DNA from: an uncultured Bifidobacteriaceae bacterium
GTDB lineage: Bacteria; Bacteroidota; Bacteroidia; Chitinophagales; UBA10324
NCBI GenBank assembly: GCA_964424455.1
Contig: CAYRJA010000005.1
Coordinates: 3,344-67,343 of the forward strand
Reading direction: 5' to 3'
Length of the DNA: 64,000 nucleotides
Below, piece by piece: positions 7,610 to 18,230 of this stretch. The translations under genes were made by a program, and so were the position numbers. Every line of letters begins with the position of its first letter. The first letter of the stretch is position 1. The notes beneath the pieces are model-generated. The model did not search any database. It was not told the origin of the DNA and saw nothing but the letters and a program-made list of their open reading frames with translations.

Positions 7610-9280
7610 CTATCTCACAATAGCTACTTTTCCATAATAATTATATCCCTGTCCACTAAGCCGCATGATGTAAATGCCGTTAGGTAACAGGGCGGGTAAT
7701 CGTAATGACTTGATATTGGAACCATGTGATGACTGGATGATTTGGTTATGTACCTGACGACCATCGGTAGCATATACCATGATTTGCAACTCACCACGAA
7801 TTTCGGAACTGTAATCAATTGTAATCTCATCCTTGACAGGGTTTGGATACATCTTCAGAAGCTGACTTGATTGTGGGGTTTCAATTGAAGTTGTGATGGT
7901 ATCACCAAAACTCCAAAGTTCTTCGTAGGTTAAGTATCGGGCTTTATAGAATAATTTATTATTAAGTCCTGCAAATCCAGGCGGAATTCCAATTCCGTAA
8001 CTACCTGTGTACCATGACGGCTGGTGCCATGTGGTGTTTTCAGGGCTGCCGTCACTTTGAAACAAAACCTGATCACCTTGTGCGTTTTTGGCAGAAAAGT
8101 AAAGCTGTCCTTTGTAAGTATAAAACGCATCGGGGTTCGTAAGTGAATCCTGCGGAAGAAGCAGTTGTGTTCCTTCTTCTGTACCATCACTTAACCAAAG
8201 TAAATAGGGGTCTAAAAAATTTGGCATCTGCTTAGATAAAAAGTATAGGTGCTGATTGTACACATACAAATCATCGGGAAATCCGGAGAGTGTAAAAGAA
8301 GGTACAATATCTTTTAACAAGACTGTTCCTGAGGCGGTACCGTCGGTTTTCCATATTTCATAAGAATACTCCGGCTTATTTGCCACGAAATAAATATGAT
8401 CATCAATCGCTGCAATTTTTCCTGGCATTAAATCAACACCTGACGCACTTCCGGGGTTGAGGTCAAGCAACATTTGAGTACCGGCGACAGTTCCGTCGGT
8501 GTACCAAAGTTCTTCTCCATGAATACTATCATTGGCTGAAAAATAGGCTTTACCTCCCATCTCTGCAACTGCAAACACAGCACCAAAAGCGCTTCCATTC
8601 GGGTTGATATCTTTAAGCAGTTTGGTACCTACGGAGGTGCCATCGGTAGTCCATAGTTCGTGGCCAACTGTACCGTTATCGGCGATAAAGAGCAATTTTC
8701 CGGACAGCACAAAAAAGTGTGTTGGCAAAGCTGAGGCACTTCCCGGATTTATATCTTTCAACAGTTGAGTACCGGATTCACTACCATCAGTTACCCATAA
8801 TTCGTGACCTGAAAGCCCGTCATCAGCACCAAAATAACACTTCCCGTTAAAACTGAATACTTCAAAAATATCTGTGGAACCATTTGGATAGGGTTGAGTG
8901 TTAATCTCTTTTACAAGGTGGGTTCCCTGTGGGCTGCCATCAGTAACCCATAAACCACCACCACTGCTAACATGCTGCGCTTTTGCCTCCATAAAAAGTA
9001 AATTGTCGCCTATCCCAAATATTTTGTTTACAAACAGGTAGTTTCCCTGGCTGTCAAGTACAGCCGTTGGAGTGGTAGAAGAGCCGTCGGTGTAATATAA
9101 CACGGAGTTCATCGAGTCATTGTCGGCAAAAAAATATATCCGGTCTTTGAATACAGTCAGGTGCCGGGGGTTGGTATTGCGCGTTTTTGTAGTCTCATAT
9201 CTTACGAAGTATTGTGAAAAAACAGGAGCGGTGGTTCCAAGAAACATTGCCAGTAAAATGAGTAGTCGGATTTTATTCAT
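7610..9280 (-). CDS. ELWxxDGT-repeat secreted protein with T9SS C-terminal sorting domain
   Basis: 556 aa with signal peptide MNKIRLLILLAMFLGTTAPVFSQ. Repeats include GHELWVTDGSESGTQLLKDINPG and GHELWTTDGTSVGTKLLKDINP. The C-terminal KMYPNPVKDEITI...GIYIMRLS...GKVAIVR is Por-type. Confidence 0.85.
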   Translation of the reverse strand: MNKIRLLILLAMFLGTTAPVFSQYFVRYETTKTRNTNPRHLTVFKDRIYFFADNDSMNSVLYYTDGSSTTPTAVLDSQGNYLFVNKIFGIGDNLLFMEAKAQHVSSGGGLWVTDGSPQGTHLVKEINTQPYPNGSTDIFEVFSFNGKCYFGADDGLSGHELWVTDGSESGTQLLKDINPGSASALPTHFFVLSGKLLFIADNGTVGHELWTTDGTSVGTKLLKDINPNGSAFGAVFAVAEMGGKAYFSANDSIHGEELWYTDGTVAGTQMLLDLNPGSASGVDLMPGKIAAIDDHIYFVANKPEYSYEIWKTDGTASGTVLLKDIVPSFTLSGFPDDLYVYNQHLYFLSKQMPNFLDPYLLWLSDGTEEGTQLLLPQDSLTNPDAFYTYKGQLYFSAKNAQGDQVLFQSDGSPENTTWHQPSWYTGSYGIGIPPGFAGLNNKLFYKARYLTYEELWSFGDTITTSIETPQSSQLLKMYPNPVKDEITIDYSSEIRGELQIMVYATDGRQVHNQIIQSSHGSNIKSLRLPALLPNGIYIMRLSGQGYNYYGKVAIVR

Positions 9281-9514
9281 AGTGTGTTTTTTTATAGAGT
9301 GATAGAGACAAATATAAAAATTTCTAAGTTCAACTAATTGTATATGATATGATTTATGAATAAAGAATAATATTTTGGATATAAGACAATTTTAAATTGT
9401 AACACTGATTATCTTTTCGATTATTTTCAGTTAGATGCGGGTTCAAGTCAGCAAAGAAGTATCAAGTCAGGTATTTAACTATCAGATATAAAGGTATTTG
9501 TCATACTATTGCGT

Positions 9515-9707
9515 CATTCAAAGGGTGTATGAATATTTGCAGCAACAATTATATTGCTCCGCAGGAGCAAAGGTTTGGTAATAACTTGAATGAGAAGGTT
9601 GTTGCGTCCCTTCGGGACGCTTCAGAGTCTCTGTATTGGTTTTTTTACCAAGCTCTTATGCCTACGGCATAAGTAATCCCTGCTATTATTCATACACCCC
9701 ATTCAAA
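9515..9707. mobile_element. MITE-like 177-bp element (9523-9699) with terminal inverted repeats and an 8-bp direct duplication
   Basis: CATTCAAA|GGGTGTATGAATA ... TATTCATACACCC|CATTCAAA. The 13-bp TIR is perfect and extends to 18 of 20 matches. Three internal 7-8-bp hairpins sit at 9554-9570, 9604-9620 and 9655-9673. Confidence 0.55.
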
Positions 9708-9778
9708 ATGCCTATAAAACTTTGGATTACTTTTTGTAAAATACGCTTCAAAAATTTAATCGGTTTATAAAAATATTT

Positions 9779-10783
9779 ATGGAATTAATAACACCAGCCG
9801 TTGACATCTCTGCTCTGAATGAGCGGATTAAAGAAGAAAGTTCTTTTGTGGATTTGCTGAATCTTGAATTAGGTAAATCTATTGTAGGACAAAAGTATAT
9901 GATTGAGCGACTGATGCTTGCTTTGCTTTCCAACGGACATATTCTTTTGGAAGGAGTTCCGGGTTTGGCAAAAACACTGGCTATCAAAACACTGGCATCG
10001 GCAACGCATGTAAAATTTTCGCGCATTCAGTTTACACCTGATTTACTTCCTGCGGATTTAATCGGTACTATGATTTTCAATCAGAAAGAAAATGATTTCT
10101 CAGTGAAGAAAGGACCCATTTTCGCCAATTTTATTTTAGCGGATGAAATCAACCGTGCGCCGGCAAAAGTGCAATCGGCATTGTTGGAAGCTATGCAGGA
10201 AAAACAGGTGACTATTGGCGATAAAACATTTCCGCTGGAAGAACCTTTCCTTGTACTGGCTACACAAAACCCGATTGAGCAGGAAGGAACTTATCCATTA
10301 CCTGAAGCACAGGTGGATCGCTTTATGCTGAAAGCAGTAATTGGCTATCCTAAAAAAGAGGAAGAGCAAATGATTATCCGTCAGAATATGCAGTTGACTT
10401 TAAGTAAAATTAACCCTGTTGTAACACAGGAACAAATACTGAAAGCCCGCAAAACAGTTCGTGAAGTTTACATGGATGAAAAAATTGAGCGGTACATTCT
10501 GGATATTGTTTTTGCTTCACGCAATCCGGAGGATTACAAGCTCACCAAACTGAAATCATATATAAGCTATGGCGGATCACCCCGCGCAAGTATTAATCTT
10601 GCCCTTGCTTCTAAAGCTTATGCATTTATTAAGCGGCGCGGTTATGTGATTCCGGAAGATGTTCGTGCTGTTTGCTACGATGTAATGCGGCATAGAATCG
10701 GGTTAACTTATGAAGCCGAAGCAGAAAATATAACTGCTGAAGAAGTGATAAGTGATATTTTAAATGCGGTAGAAGTCCCATAG
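9779..10783 (+). CDS. moxR: MoxR-family AAA+ ATPase
   Basis: 334 aa with Walker A GVPGLAKT and Walker B ILADEINRA. It is the first gene of the Bat operon. Confidence 0.9.
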   Translation: MELITPAVDISALNERIKEESSFVDLLNLELGKSIVGQKYMIERLMLALLSNGHILLEGVPGLAKTLAIKTLASATHVKFSRIQFTPDLLPADLIGTMIFNQKENDFSVKKGPIFANFILADEINRAPAKVQSALLEAMQEKQVTIGDKTFPLEEPFLVLATQNPIEQEGTYPLPEAQVDRFMLKAVIGYPKKEEEQMIIRQNMQLTLSKINPVVTQEQILKARKTVREVYMDEKIERYILDIVFASRNPEDYKLTKLKSYISYGGSPRASINLALASKAYAFIKRRGYVIPEDVRAVCYDVMRHRIGLTYEAEAENITAEEVISDILNAVEVP

Positions 10784-10825
10784 TGGTTTTTGACCTTATC
10801 TTATAGTTAAAATATAATTGAAGTT

Positions 10826-11743
10826 GTGGCAAAGACTGTAGAAAATAATCAGGAAGAAAAAAGAAGGAAGCTTAGAAGGATTGAAATAAAAACGAGAAAA
10901 TTATCTAACCAGATTTTCTCAGGAAGTTACCATTCTGCATTTAAGGGTAGGGGAATTTCATTCAGCGAAGTACGAGAGTATCAATATGGTGATGATGTAA
11001 GGGCTATTGACTGGAATGTTACAGCCCGGAACAGAAAACCGTTTGTGAAAATATTTGAAGAAGAAAGAGAACTTACTATGATGTTGTTGATTGATGTAAG
11101 TCAGTCTTCTTTCTTCGGAACACAAACTGAGTTTAAGAATCATATCATTGCAGAAATCAGCGGCATCCTTGCTTTCTCTGCAATTAACAACAACGATAAA
11201 GTAGGAGTGATTTTTTTTAGCAGTGAAGTAGAAAAATTCATTCCACCGAAAAAAGGTAAGACACATATTCTCAGAATCATATCGGAGATATATGATTTCA
11301 CTCCGAAAAATAAGGGAACTAACATAGCAGAGGCACTGAAGTATTTGAACAATGTGGTGAAGAAAAAATGTATCGTGTTTATGTTGTCTGATTTTATTAT
11401 TTCTGCTTCTAAGAATGGAGATTATGAAGATATAAAAAAGTCACTCAGGATTGTTGGCAGAAAGCATGATTTAATCGGATTTCATATTTATGATGAGCGC
11501 GAAGCATCGCTTCCGAATATCGGATTGATGAAAGTAAAAGATGCTGAAACGGGCAAAGAGTTATGGATTGATTCTTCACAAAAATCATTACGCGACAAGC
11601 ATGCAAAGGATTTTCAGATTAACCTGCGGACGATGAAAGATTTGTTTGGTAAGAGCGGCTCTCAGTTACAATCTATCAAAACGGAAGATAATTATGTAAT
11701 AGCGCTGATGAATATGTTTAAACAAAGAGAGATGAGAAGATGA
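10826..11743 (+). CDS. DUF58 domain protein (MoxR partner)
   Basis: 305 aa with a GTG start, REYQYGDDVRAIDWNVTAR, and the canonical position after moxR. Confidence 0.85.
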   Translation: MAKTVENNQEEKRRKLRRIEIKTRKLSNQIFSGSYHSAFKGRGISFSEVREYQYGDDVRAIDWNVTARNRKPFVKIFEEERELTMMLLIDVSQSSFFGTQTEFKNHIIAEISGILAFSAINNNDKVGVIFFSSEVEKFIPPKKGKTHILRIISEIYDFTPKNKGTNIAEALKYLNNVVKKKCIVFMLSDFIISASKNGDYEDIKKSLRIVGRKHDLIGFHIYDEREASLPNIGLMKVKDAETGKELWIDSSQKSLRDKHAKDFQINLRTMKDLFGKSGSQLQSIKTEDNYVIALMNMFKQREMRR

Positions 11744-12714
11744 GCGCAGTGCACAGAAAAATATTAATGAAGAATAGAAAATGGCTATTAGCTGTTTTTG
11801 CACTATGTATTTTTGTTTGCTGTAACACAAATTTATTTGCCCAGGAAATATCAGCAACTATAAAAGCAGATTCAACTCATATAGTAATCGGTGACTTTCT
11901 TAATGTAAAACTTACAGTTAAAGCGCCAAAAGATATTGCTGTTACAATTCCTGTGGTTACTGATACAGTGGGTAATATGGAATTGGTGAAAACAGCCAAG
12001 ATGGATACAGTCACAAATGGCAATGAAAATATCTATACACAGACTTATACCGTTTCGGCGTATGATTCAGGCAGCTATCATGCGGGTCCGCTGAAAATTT
12101 TCACAAAGGATAAAAACGGAGCTATTGATACCATTGTTTCTGATTTTGTATTTGTAAGTGTTACAACAGTTGCGGTGGACACTACAAAACCATTTAAGCC
12201 GATTAAAGCCCCGATAGATGTTCCTTATTCATGGCAGGAGTTTATTCCTTATATCATTGGAGGAATTGTTTTGCTGGCATTAATTGCTGCACTGATTTAT
12301 TTTTTTGTTTTTAGAAAGCAGAAAGTAACTGTTACAGAGGAAAGACCTAAACCCAAAGAACCTGCTGAAATATGGGCAAACAGTGAACTAAGAAAATTAG
12401 ATGATGAAAAACTATGGCAGCAAAATCAAGTCAAAAAATTCTACAGCCGGTTGAGTGAAATACTCCGGATGTATCTTGAATACCGCTACAGTTGGTTCGC
12501 ACTTGAATCTACTACTGAAGAGATTTCTGATAAGATAGATTCTTATAAAATCTCTGAGGAGGCAAAAGAGTCGTTACTATTTATTTTATCCAATGCTGAT
12601 TTGGTAAAGTTTGCAAAGATGAATCCTTCAGCAGATGTAAATATGAAAGCAATGGAAAACGGTTTCAGGTTTGTTGAGCTTACAAAACCCAATGAATTAT
12701 CCACGGAAGCATAA
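11740..12714 (+). CDS. Bat-operon membrane protein (hypothetical)
   Basis: 324 aa with a signal peptide and one TM helix IPYIIGGIVLLALIAALIYFFVF. It overlaps the upstream gene by 4 nt and the downstream gene by 1 nt. Confidence 0.65.
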   Translation: MSAVHRKILMKNRKWLLAVFALCIFVCCNTNLFAQEISATIKADSTHIVIGDFLNVKLTVKAPKDIAVTIPVVTDTVGNMELVKTAKMDTVTNGNENIYTQTYTVSAYDSGSYHAGPLKIFTKDKNGAIDTIVSDFVFVSVTTVAVDTTKPFKPIKAPIDVPYSWQEFIPYIIGGIVLLALIAALIYFFVFRKQKVTVTEERPKPKEPAEIWANSELRKLDDEKLWQQNQVKKFYSRLSEILRMYLEYRYSWFALESTTEEISDKIDSYKISEEAKESLLFILSNADLVKFAKMNPSADVNMKAMENGFRFVELTKPNELSTEA

Positions 12715-13727
12715 TGTTCAATAATCTTTCACATATCACCTTTGCTGATAAATGGGTACTATGGTTTATACCTGTTACAGTTGTGTTGGGAATATTGTGG
12801 TGGTACTTCTTATCAAAGAAAAATTCTGCTGAGATAAAGTTTTCATCAACAAATTCATTTGCCGGATTTACTCACCCGGTTAAAGCAACACTCAAGAGGT
12901 TTCTTCCTTTGCTGCGTGTCATTACTATTATTTTATTAATTGTAGCAATAGCACGACCGCAAACTTCTTACGACGAAGAAAAAATTACGACTGAAGGAAT
13001 TGATATAGTGATTACGCTGGATCTTTCTGCTTCAATGCTGGCAAAGGATTTTTCGCCAAATAGAATTGAAGCAGCAAAAAAAGAAGCAATGAACTTTATT
13101 GATGAAAGACCTCACGACAGAATCGGACTTGTTGTTTTTGCAGGAGAAAGTTTTACGCAGTGCCCTGTTACAATTGACCATGCCATTTTGAAAAAACAAT
13201 TGTCACAGGTTAAGACAGGTCAGTTGGAAGACGGAACTGCAATCGGAATGGGTTTGGCAACTGCAGTGCAACGGTTAAAAGAAAGCGAGTCAAAAAGTAA
13301 AGTGATTATTCTGATGACAGATGGAGTAAACAACAGAGGACTGATAGATCCGTTAACTGCCTGCGATCTGGCTATGCAGTATGGAATACGGGTTTACACC
13401 ATCGGTATTGGTACAAATGGCAAAGCAATGACACCTGTTGCCATGACAAGATCCGGAGAATTAATCTATGATTATGCAGATGTTCAGATTGATGAGGCAT
13501 TGCTGAAAGATATTGCAAAGAAAACAGGAGGACAATATTTTCGTGCAACCAATAACAATAAGCTGAAGGAGATTTATTCTCAGATTGATAAACTGGAGAA
13601 GACAAAAATTCAGGTGAATGCCTTTGAGCGCAAAACGGAGAAATTTTATGCTTTCGCTTTTCTTGCGGCAATGTTTTTGCTTACGGAACTGTTACTGAGA
13701 TATTCCTTTTTAAAAAGTATTCCATAA
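12714..13727 (+). CDS. batA: VWA-domain aerotolerance protein BatA
   Basis: 337 aa with N- and C-terminal TM helices and the MIDAS motif DIVITLDLSASM. Confidence 0.85.
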   Translation: MFNNLSHITFADKWVLWFIPVTVVLGILWWYFLSKKNSAEIKFSSTNSFAGFTHPVKATLKRFLPLLRVITIILLIVAIARPQTSYDEEKITTEGIDIVITLDLSASMLAKDFSPNRIEAAKKEAMNFIDERPHDRIGLVVFAGESFTQCPVTIDHAILKKQLSQVKTGQLEDGTAIGMGLATAVQRLKESESKSKVIILMTDGVNNRGLIDPLTACDLAMQYGIRVYTIGIGTNGKAMTPVAMTRSGELIYDYADVQIDEALLKDIAKKTGGQYFRATNNNKLKEIYSQIDKLEKTKIQVNAFERKTEKFYAFAFLAAMFLLTELLLRYSFLKSIP

Positions 13728-14744
13728 ATGTTTCGGTTCGAACACATAGAATATTTATGGCTGCTGACGGCAGTGATTCCGGCAACAGGATTATTTATCT
13801 ATTTTATTTTCTGGCGAAGAAGGGCAATCGCAAAGTTTGGAAACAGACAGTTGGTGTTACAGTTAATACCCGGCTTTTCAGTTAGTAAGCCATTTGTAAA
13901 GTTTACTCTTATTACACTTGCATATATCTTTATTATTCTGGGATTAGCTAACCCGCAGATCGGCACCAAGCAGGAGAAAGTAAAGCGGCAGGGAATAGAT
14001 GTGATAATAGCATTGGATGTTTCTAATTCCATGTTAAGTGATGATGTGAAACCTAACCGGCTTGAAAGGTCAAAAAATTTTATCTCCAATTTTATTGATA
14101 AACTAAATAACGACCGGTTAGGGTTGATTGTATTTGCGGGTAATGCTTATTTACAGATGCCCCTCACAGTGGATTACAGTGCGGCGAAAATGTACCTTCG
14201 TACTATCAATCCACAGTTAGTACCTGCACAAGGAACTAATATTGCAGAAGCAATTAACCTTGCCGGAGAATCTTTTGTGAAAGAGGATAACAGCCATAAA
14301 GCGCTTATTATTATTACAGACGGAGAGGACAATGAAGGAGGCGTAGAAGACGCAATTGATAAGGCAGAAAAAGAAGGAATGAAAGTTTATACCATTGGAG
14401 TCGGCTCAGAAAATGGTTCACCGATTCCGATGGAGAATAATTTCAAAAGAGATGAAAGCGGGAATATTGTTCTTTCCAAACTAAATAAAGAAATGCTGAA
14501 AGATATTGCATCAAAGGGCAATGGTAAATTTTATATGATGGGAAGTGGGAATGAAGATGTAAACTCACTTTTAAAAGATTTGAAAGGAATCAGCTCTAAG
14601 CAGTTTGAAGAATTGGTATTTACTGATTTCAATGATCAGTTTCAATGGTGTCTTGCAATTGCTGCTATACTTTTGTTAGCTGAGTGGTGGCTGAGTGAGA
14701 GAAAAAGTAAATTGAATATTAAATTACTGACGGGCAATGAGTAA
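13728..14744 (+). CDS. batB: VWA-domain aerotolerance protein BatB
   Basis: 338 aa with MIDAS motif DVIIALDVSNSM and flanking TM helices. Confidence 0.85.
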   Translation: MFRFEHIEYLWLLTAVIPATGLFIYFIFWRRRAIAKFGNRQLVLQLIPGFSVSKPFVKFTLITLAYIFIILGLANPQIGTKQEKVKRQGIDVIIALDVSNSMLSDDVKPNRLERSKNFISNFIDKLNNDRLGLIVFAGNAYLQMPLTVDYSAAKMYLRTINPQLVPAQGTNIAEAINLAGESFVKEDNSHKALIIITDGEDNEGGVEDAIDKAEKEGMKVYTIGVGSENGSPIPMENNFKRDESGNIVLSKLNKEMLKDIASKGNGKFYMMGSGNEDVNSLLKDLKGISSKQFEELVFTDFNDQFQWCLAIAAILLLAEWWLSERKSKLNIKLLTGNE

Positions 14745-15519
14745 GACGAACTTATATATTTTTAGCAAGCAAATGATTGCTGTTACAGTAATCCTTTTTT
14801 TCCCTTTCCGTTTTTCATTTGCACAGACAACTCTGTCCACTCAAAAAGATAAAGTGAACACTCGCATAGGGAATAGTCAATACAAAAAAGGTAATTATTC
14901 TGATGCAGAAGCAAGCTACAAGAAGGCGCTTGATATAAAGAATAATATGCCTGAAGCCACCTTTAATTTGGGAGATGCTATTTACGAACAGAAAAGATAT
15001 GACGATGCACAGAAGCAATTTCAACTCACTGCTCAGACCAATAATAATCCGGAAGTAAAAGCGGATGCATATCACAATCTTGGAAACTCTTATCTGCAAC
15101 AAAAAAAATATCAGGAAGCAGTAAAAGCATTTAAAGATGCTTTGAAACTAAATCCCAAAGATGCAGATACGAAGTACAATCTGGCTTATGCTAATGAAAT
15201 GTTAAAACAAAATAAAAGCGGAGAAGGAAAAGACAACAAAGAGCAAAAAGATAAACAAGACCAGCAAGAATCGAAGGATAAGCAGCAGCAAAACAATAAA
15301 GATCAAAATCAGAAGGAACAGAAAGATCAACAGAATCAGCAAAAGCAGAACGAAAAGGAGCAGCAGGAAAAACAACAACAAGATCAGCAATCCAAACTAT
15401 CGAAGGAAGAGGCGGAGAAACTGTTACAGGCGTTGTCAAATGAAGAACAAAAGACAGCTCAGAAGATGCAACAGAAGCAGATGAAGTCAGAAAAGATTAG
15501 AATAAAAAAGGACTGGTGA
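14737..15519 (+). CDS. batC: TPR-repeat protein BatC with Q/K-rich tail
   Basis: 260 aa with TPR-like GNSQYKKGNYSDAEASYKKALDI repeats and a long KDQ/QQ low-complexity C-terminus. Confidence 0.75.
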   Translation: MSKTNLYIFSKQMIAVTVILFFPFRFSFAQTTLSTQKDKVNTRIGNSQYKKGNYSDAEASYKKALDIKNNMPEATFNLGDAIYEQKRYDDAQKQFQLTAQTNNNPEVKADAYHNLGNSYLQQKKYQEAVKAFKDALKLNPKDADTKYNLAYANEMLKQNKSGEGKDNKEQKDKQDQQESKDKQQQNNKDQNQKEQKDQQNQQKQNEKEQQEKQQQDQQSKLSKEEAEKLLQALSNEEQKTAQKMQQKQMKSEKIRIKKDW

Positions 15520-15549
15520 TAAACAATTAAAATTGAGAACAGCTATAAG

Positions 15550-17445
15550 ATGCAGAATAGAATAAACAGAGAATTGAATCTGAACTTATCCGGAAAATCT
15601 ATTATAGTTTTTTTGATTGTATTTCTATTTTTCAATATTAACTTTTCCATTGCACAACAATTTTCAGCTTCAGCGCCCAAGTCTGTTCCGGAGAATCAGA
15701 ATTTTAAATTAAGTTTTACATTAGAAAATACACAAGGCAGCAACCTGCAACTGCCACAGTTAAATGATTTTACTATTGTAGGTGGTCCGAGTACATCAAC
15801 CAATATGCAGATTATTAATGGGAGTATGTCCCAGTCGCAGACTTATACTTATTCACTTCGTCCTAAAAAGCAAGGCACATTTAAAATCGGAAAAGCGAGT
15901 ATCAATGCTAATGGCGCAACACTTCATTCCAATGAATTGACAATAAGTGTAACAGCCCCTTCTTCCAAACCTCAGCGACAACAACAGCAGTATGACCCAT
16001 TTGATCCATTTGGGCAAATGGAGCAGGATGACGAACCTCAAACTTCTTCTTCTGATTTGGCGAAGCAGATTAAGGATGATGTATTTGTAAAATGTGTACT
16101 CAGCAAAAGTTCAGTATATAAAGGAGAAATGCTTACCGCTACTTTCAAACTTTATTTCCGGCAAAATATAGCAGGATACAATCTGTCTAAATCACCACAA
16201 ATGGATGGCTTCTGGAGTAAGGAAGTAACACTGGATCCTAACCGAAGACAGACGGTAGAGAACATTAATGGAAAACAGTATTATGCCGTTGATATTCTTA
16301 AATACAATTTATTCCCTCAGAGAACAGGCAGTTTACAAATATCCCCTGCAGAAATGTCTGTTACAGCACAGGTAACTACTTCAAGGTCTAATGATCCCTT
16401 TGGTGGTTTTTTCGGATTTGGGCAAACGCAAAATGTTCCACTGACTTTAAAAACAAATCAGGCAACTGTAACAGTAAAAGAATTTCCGGTAACTGACAAG
16501 CCCAAAAGCTTTGCAGGAGCAGTCGGAAAATTTAATTATAGCTCTTCTCTTTCAGGTAAGGATGCAAAAACAGACAATCCGGTTACTTATACTATAAAGA
16601 TTTCAGGAGAAGGAAATCTGAATTTGATTGATGCACCTGTCATTCAGATGCCGGATGGATTTGAAGTGTATGATCCGAAAGTGAAAGAAAACATTTCCAA
16701 CACTACAGCAGGAGTGAACGGCAGTAAGCAATATGACTATTTGATAATCCCACGCCAGCCCGGAAATTATAAAATTGCCGGACAAACCTTTTCTTACTTT
16801 GATCCTGAAACCGGTAAATACACTACTATTAACACCCCTGAGTATTCACTGAAAGTCACAGGAGAGCCGTCTAAGAGCTATAATACTTCATCTTCATCTT
16901 CTACAAATCAGCAAGATGTATCTCTGCTTAATGAAGACATTCGTTATATCAAAACAACTTCTCCGGAATTCAGAAAAGACAATAACTCATTTATCGGTAC
17001 TGCAGGTTTTATTACACTTTATACACTTCCTTTCTTAGCTTTTATCGGACTGATTGCTGTAAGAAGGAGGAATGAAAACCTCGCATCAGATATAACCGGA
17101 ACAAAAAGAAGGAGAGCGCTTAAACTCGCTAAGAAAAGATTGAGAGTTGCAGAGAAGTATCTCACTCAATCGGATAAGAAAAACTTTTACAGTGAAGTGT
17201 CGCGTGCTGTCTGGGGTTATTTAGGTGACAGACTGAATATTGATATGGCTCAACTCTCAAAAGATAATGTAACAGAGAAATTATCTGTCAGAAATGTAAA
17301 ACCGGAAACTGTAACAGGTTTACTAAACCTTCTCAACTCTTGTGAAATCTCGCTTTATGCACCGGGCAGTGATAGCGAAATGAAAAAGGATTACACTACT
17401 ACCTTAAACTTAATAGCTGACATTGAAGATGAAATCAGTAAATAA
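15550..17445 (+). CDS. batD: BatD-family (oxygen tolerance) membrane protein
   Basis: 631 aa with a signal peptide, a large extracytoplasmic region, the TM helix FITLYTLPFLAFIGLIAV, and the expected operon position. Confidence 0.8.
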   Translation: MQNRINRELNLNLSGKSIIVFLIVFLFFNINFSIAQQFSASAPKSVPENQNFKLSFTLENTQGSNLQLPQLNDFTIVGGPSTSTNMQIINGSMSQSQTYTYSLRPKKQGTFKIGKASINANGATLHSNELTISVTAPSSKPQRQQQQYDPFDPFGQMEQDDEPQTSSSDLAKQIKDDVFVKCVLSKSSVYKGEMLTATFKLYFRQNIAGYNLSKSPQMDGFWSKEVTLDPNRRQTVENINGKQYYAVDILKYNLFPQRTGSLQISPAEMSVTAQVTTSRSNDPFGGFFGFGQTQNVPLTLKTNQATVTVKEFPVTDKPKSFAGAVGKFNYSSSLSGKDAKTDNPVTYTIKISGEGNLNLIDAPVIQMPDGFEVYDPKVKENISNTTAGVNGSKQYDYLIIPRQPGNYKIAGQTFSYFDPETGKYTTINTPEYSLKVTGEPSKSYNTSSSSSTNQQDVSLLNEDIRYIKTTSPEFRKDNNSFIGTAGFITLYTLPFLAFIGLIAVRRRNENLASDITGTKRRRALKLAKKRLRVAEKYLTQSDKKNFYSEVSRAVWGYLGDRLNIDMAQLSKDNVTEKLSVRNVKPETVTGLLNLLNSCEISLYAPGSDSEMKKDYTTTLNLIADIEDEISK

Positions 17446-18187
17446 GATAATCGTCATTTTGTTTATAGCATTTAGCTGTGTGTTTACAGTTAATGGACAA
17501 TCTGCTCAGGAACTTTACAAAAAAGCAAATGATGCATATAAAGCTAACCAATTTCAGCAGGCAGCAGATGATTATGAAAAAATAGTTTCACAAGGACACA
17601 AGAGTTCAGATGTTTATTACAATCTCGGTAACTGTTATTACAAACTGAATATTATTTCAAAATCTATTCTCAACTATGAACGAGCGCTAAAACTTTCTCC
17701 CAAAGATGATGATATCATTCACAATCTAAAAATAACTCAGTTAAAAGCAGTTGATCGTATCCAGCCAGTTCCACAACTTTCTGTTATTATATGGTGGAAT
17801 AATTTTATTTCATCTTATTCATCTAAAGGGTGGGGGATATATGCGCTTATTTTCGTTTGGGTAGCTTTGATTTGTTATGTAGTTGCTTACTTCATAGGTG
17901 TACGAAAACTTTTCCATTCATTAATGCTTGTTTTTTTAGTTCTATCTCTTTCATCACTTGCACTTTCAATACATCAAAAAAACAATGAGCAGAGTTCCGA
18001 TTCAGCAATTCTTATGGTTTCGAGTTCATATATAAAAAGCGCACCTGATGCCGGCGCTAATGATTTATTCTTGATTCATGAAGGCATAAAGTTTCAGTTA
18101 CTTGATAAAATCGGGGAATGGAGTAAAATTCGCCTTGCTGACGGAAAAATCGGTTGGGTAGAAAATAATAATTTCACTGTAATCTGA
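17423..18187 (+). CDS. batE: TPR + SH3-domain protein BatE
   Basis: 254 aa with N-terminal TPRs, TM helices and a C-terminal SH3b-like GEWSKIRLADGKIGWVENNNF. Confidence 0.75.
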   Translation: MKMKSVNKIIVILFIAFSCVFTVNGQSAQELYKKANDAYKANQFQQAADDYEKIVSQGHKSSDVYYNLGNCYYKLNIISKSILNYERALKLSPKDDDIIHNLKITQLKAVDRIQPVPQLSVIIWWNNFISSYSSKGWGIYALIFVWVALICYVVAYFIGVRKLFHSLMLVFLVLSLSSLALSIHQKNNEQSSDSAILMVSSSYIKSAPDAGANDLFLIHEGIKFQLLDKIGEWSKIRLADGKIGWVENNNFTVI

Positions 18188-18230
18188 TTAGTCTGTTACA
18201 GTTTTATTTCAGGTATTAGATAAAAGGCAT

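Noticed and set aside
15191-15439. Antisense ORFs (15191-15439 and 15202-15390, the latter an L/F-rich product) and the striking Q/K/D-rich low-complexity stretch in BatC.
   Set aside because: The antisense ORFs are by-products of the AAG/CAG-rich coding repeat. A charged low-complexity tail on the TPR protein sits in frame within a well-supported Bat operon gene, so it is not treated as a separate element.
9779-18187. The moxR-DUF58-batABCDE operon as a possible novel system.
   Set aside because: Its gene order and motifs match the well-known Bacteroides aerotolerance (Bat) operon, so it is ordinary for the phylum.
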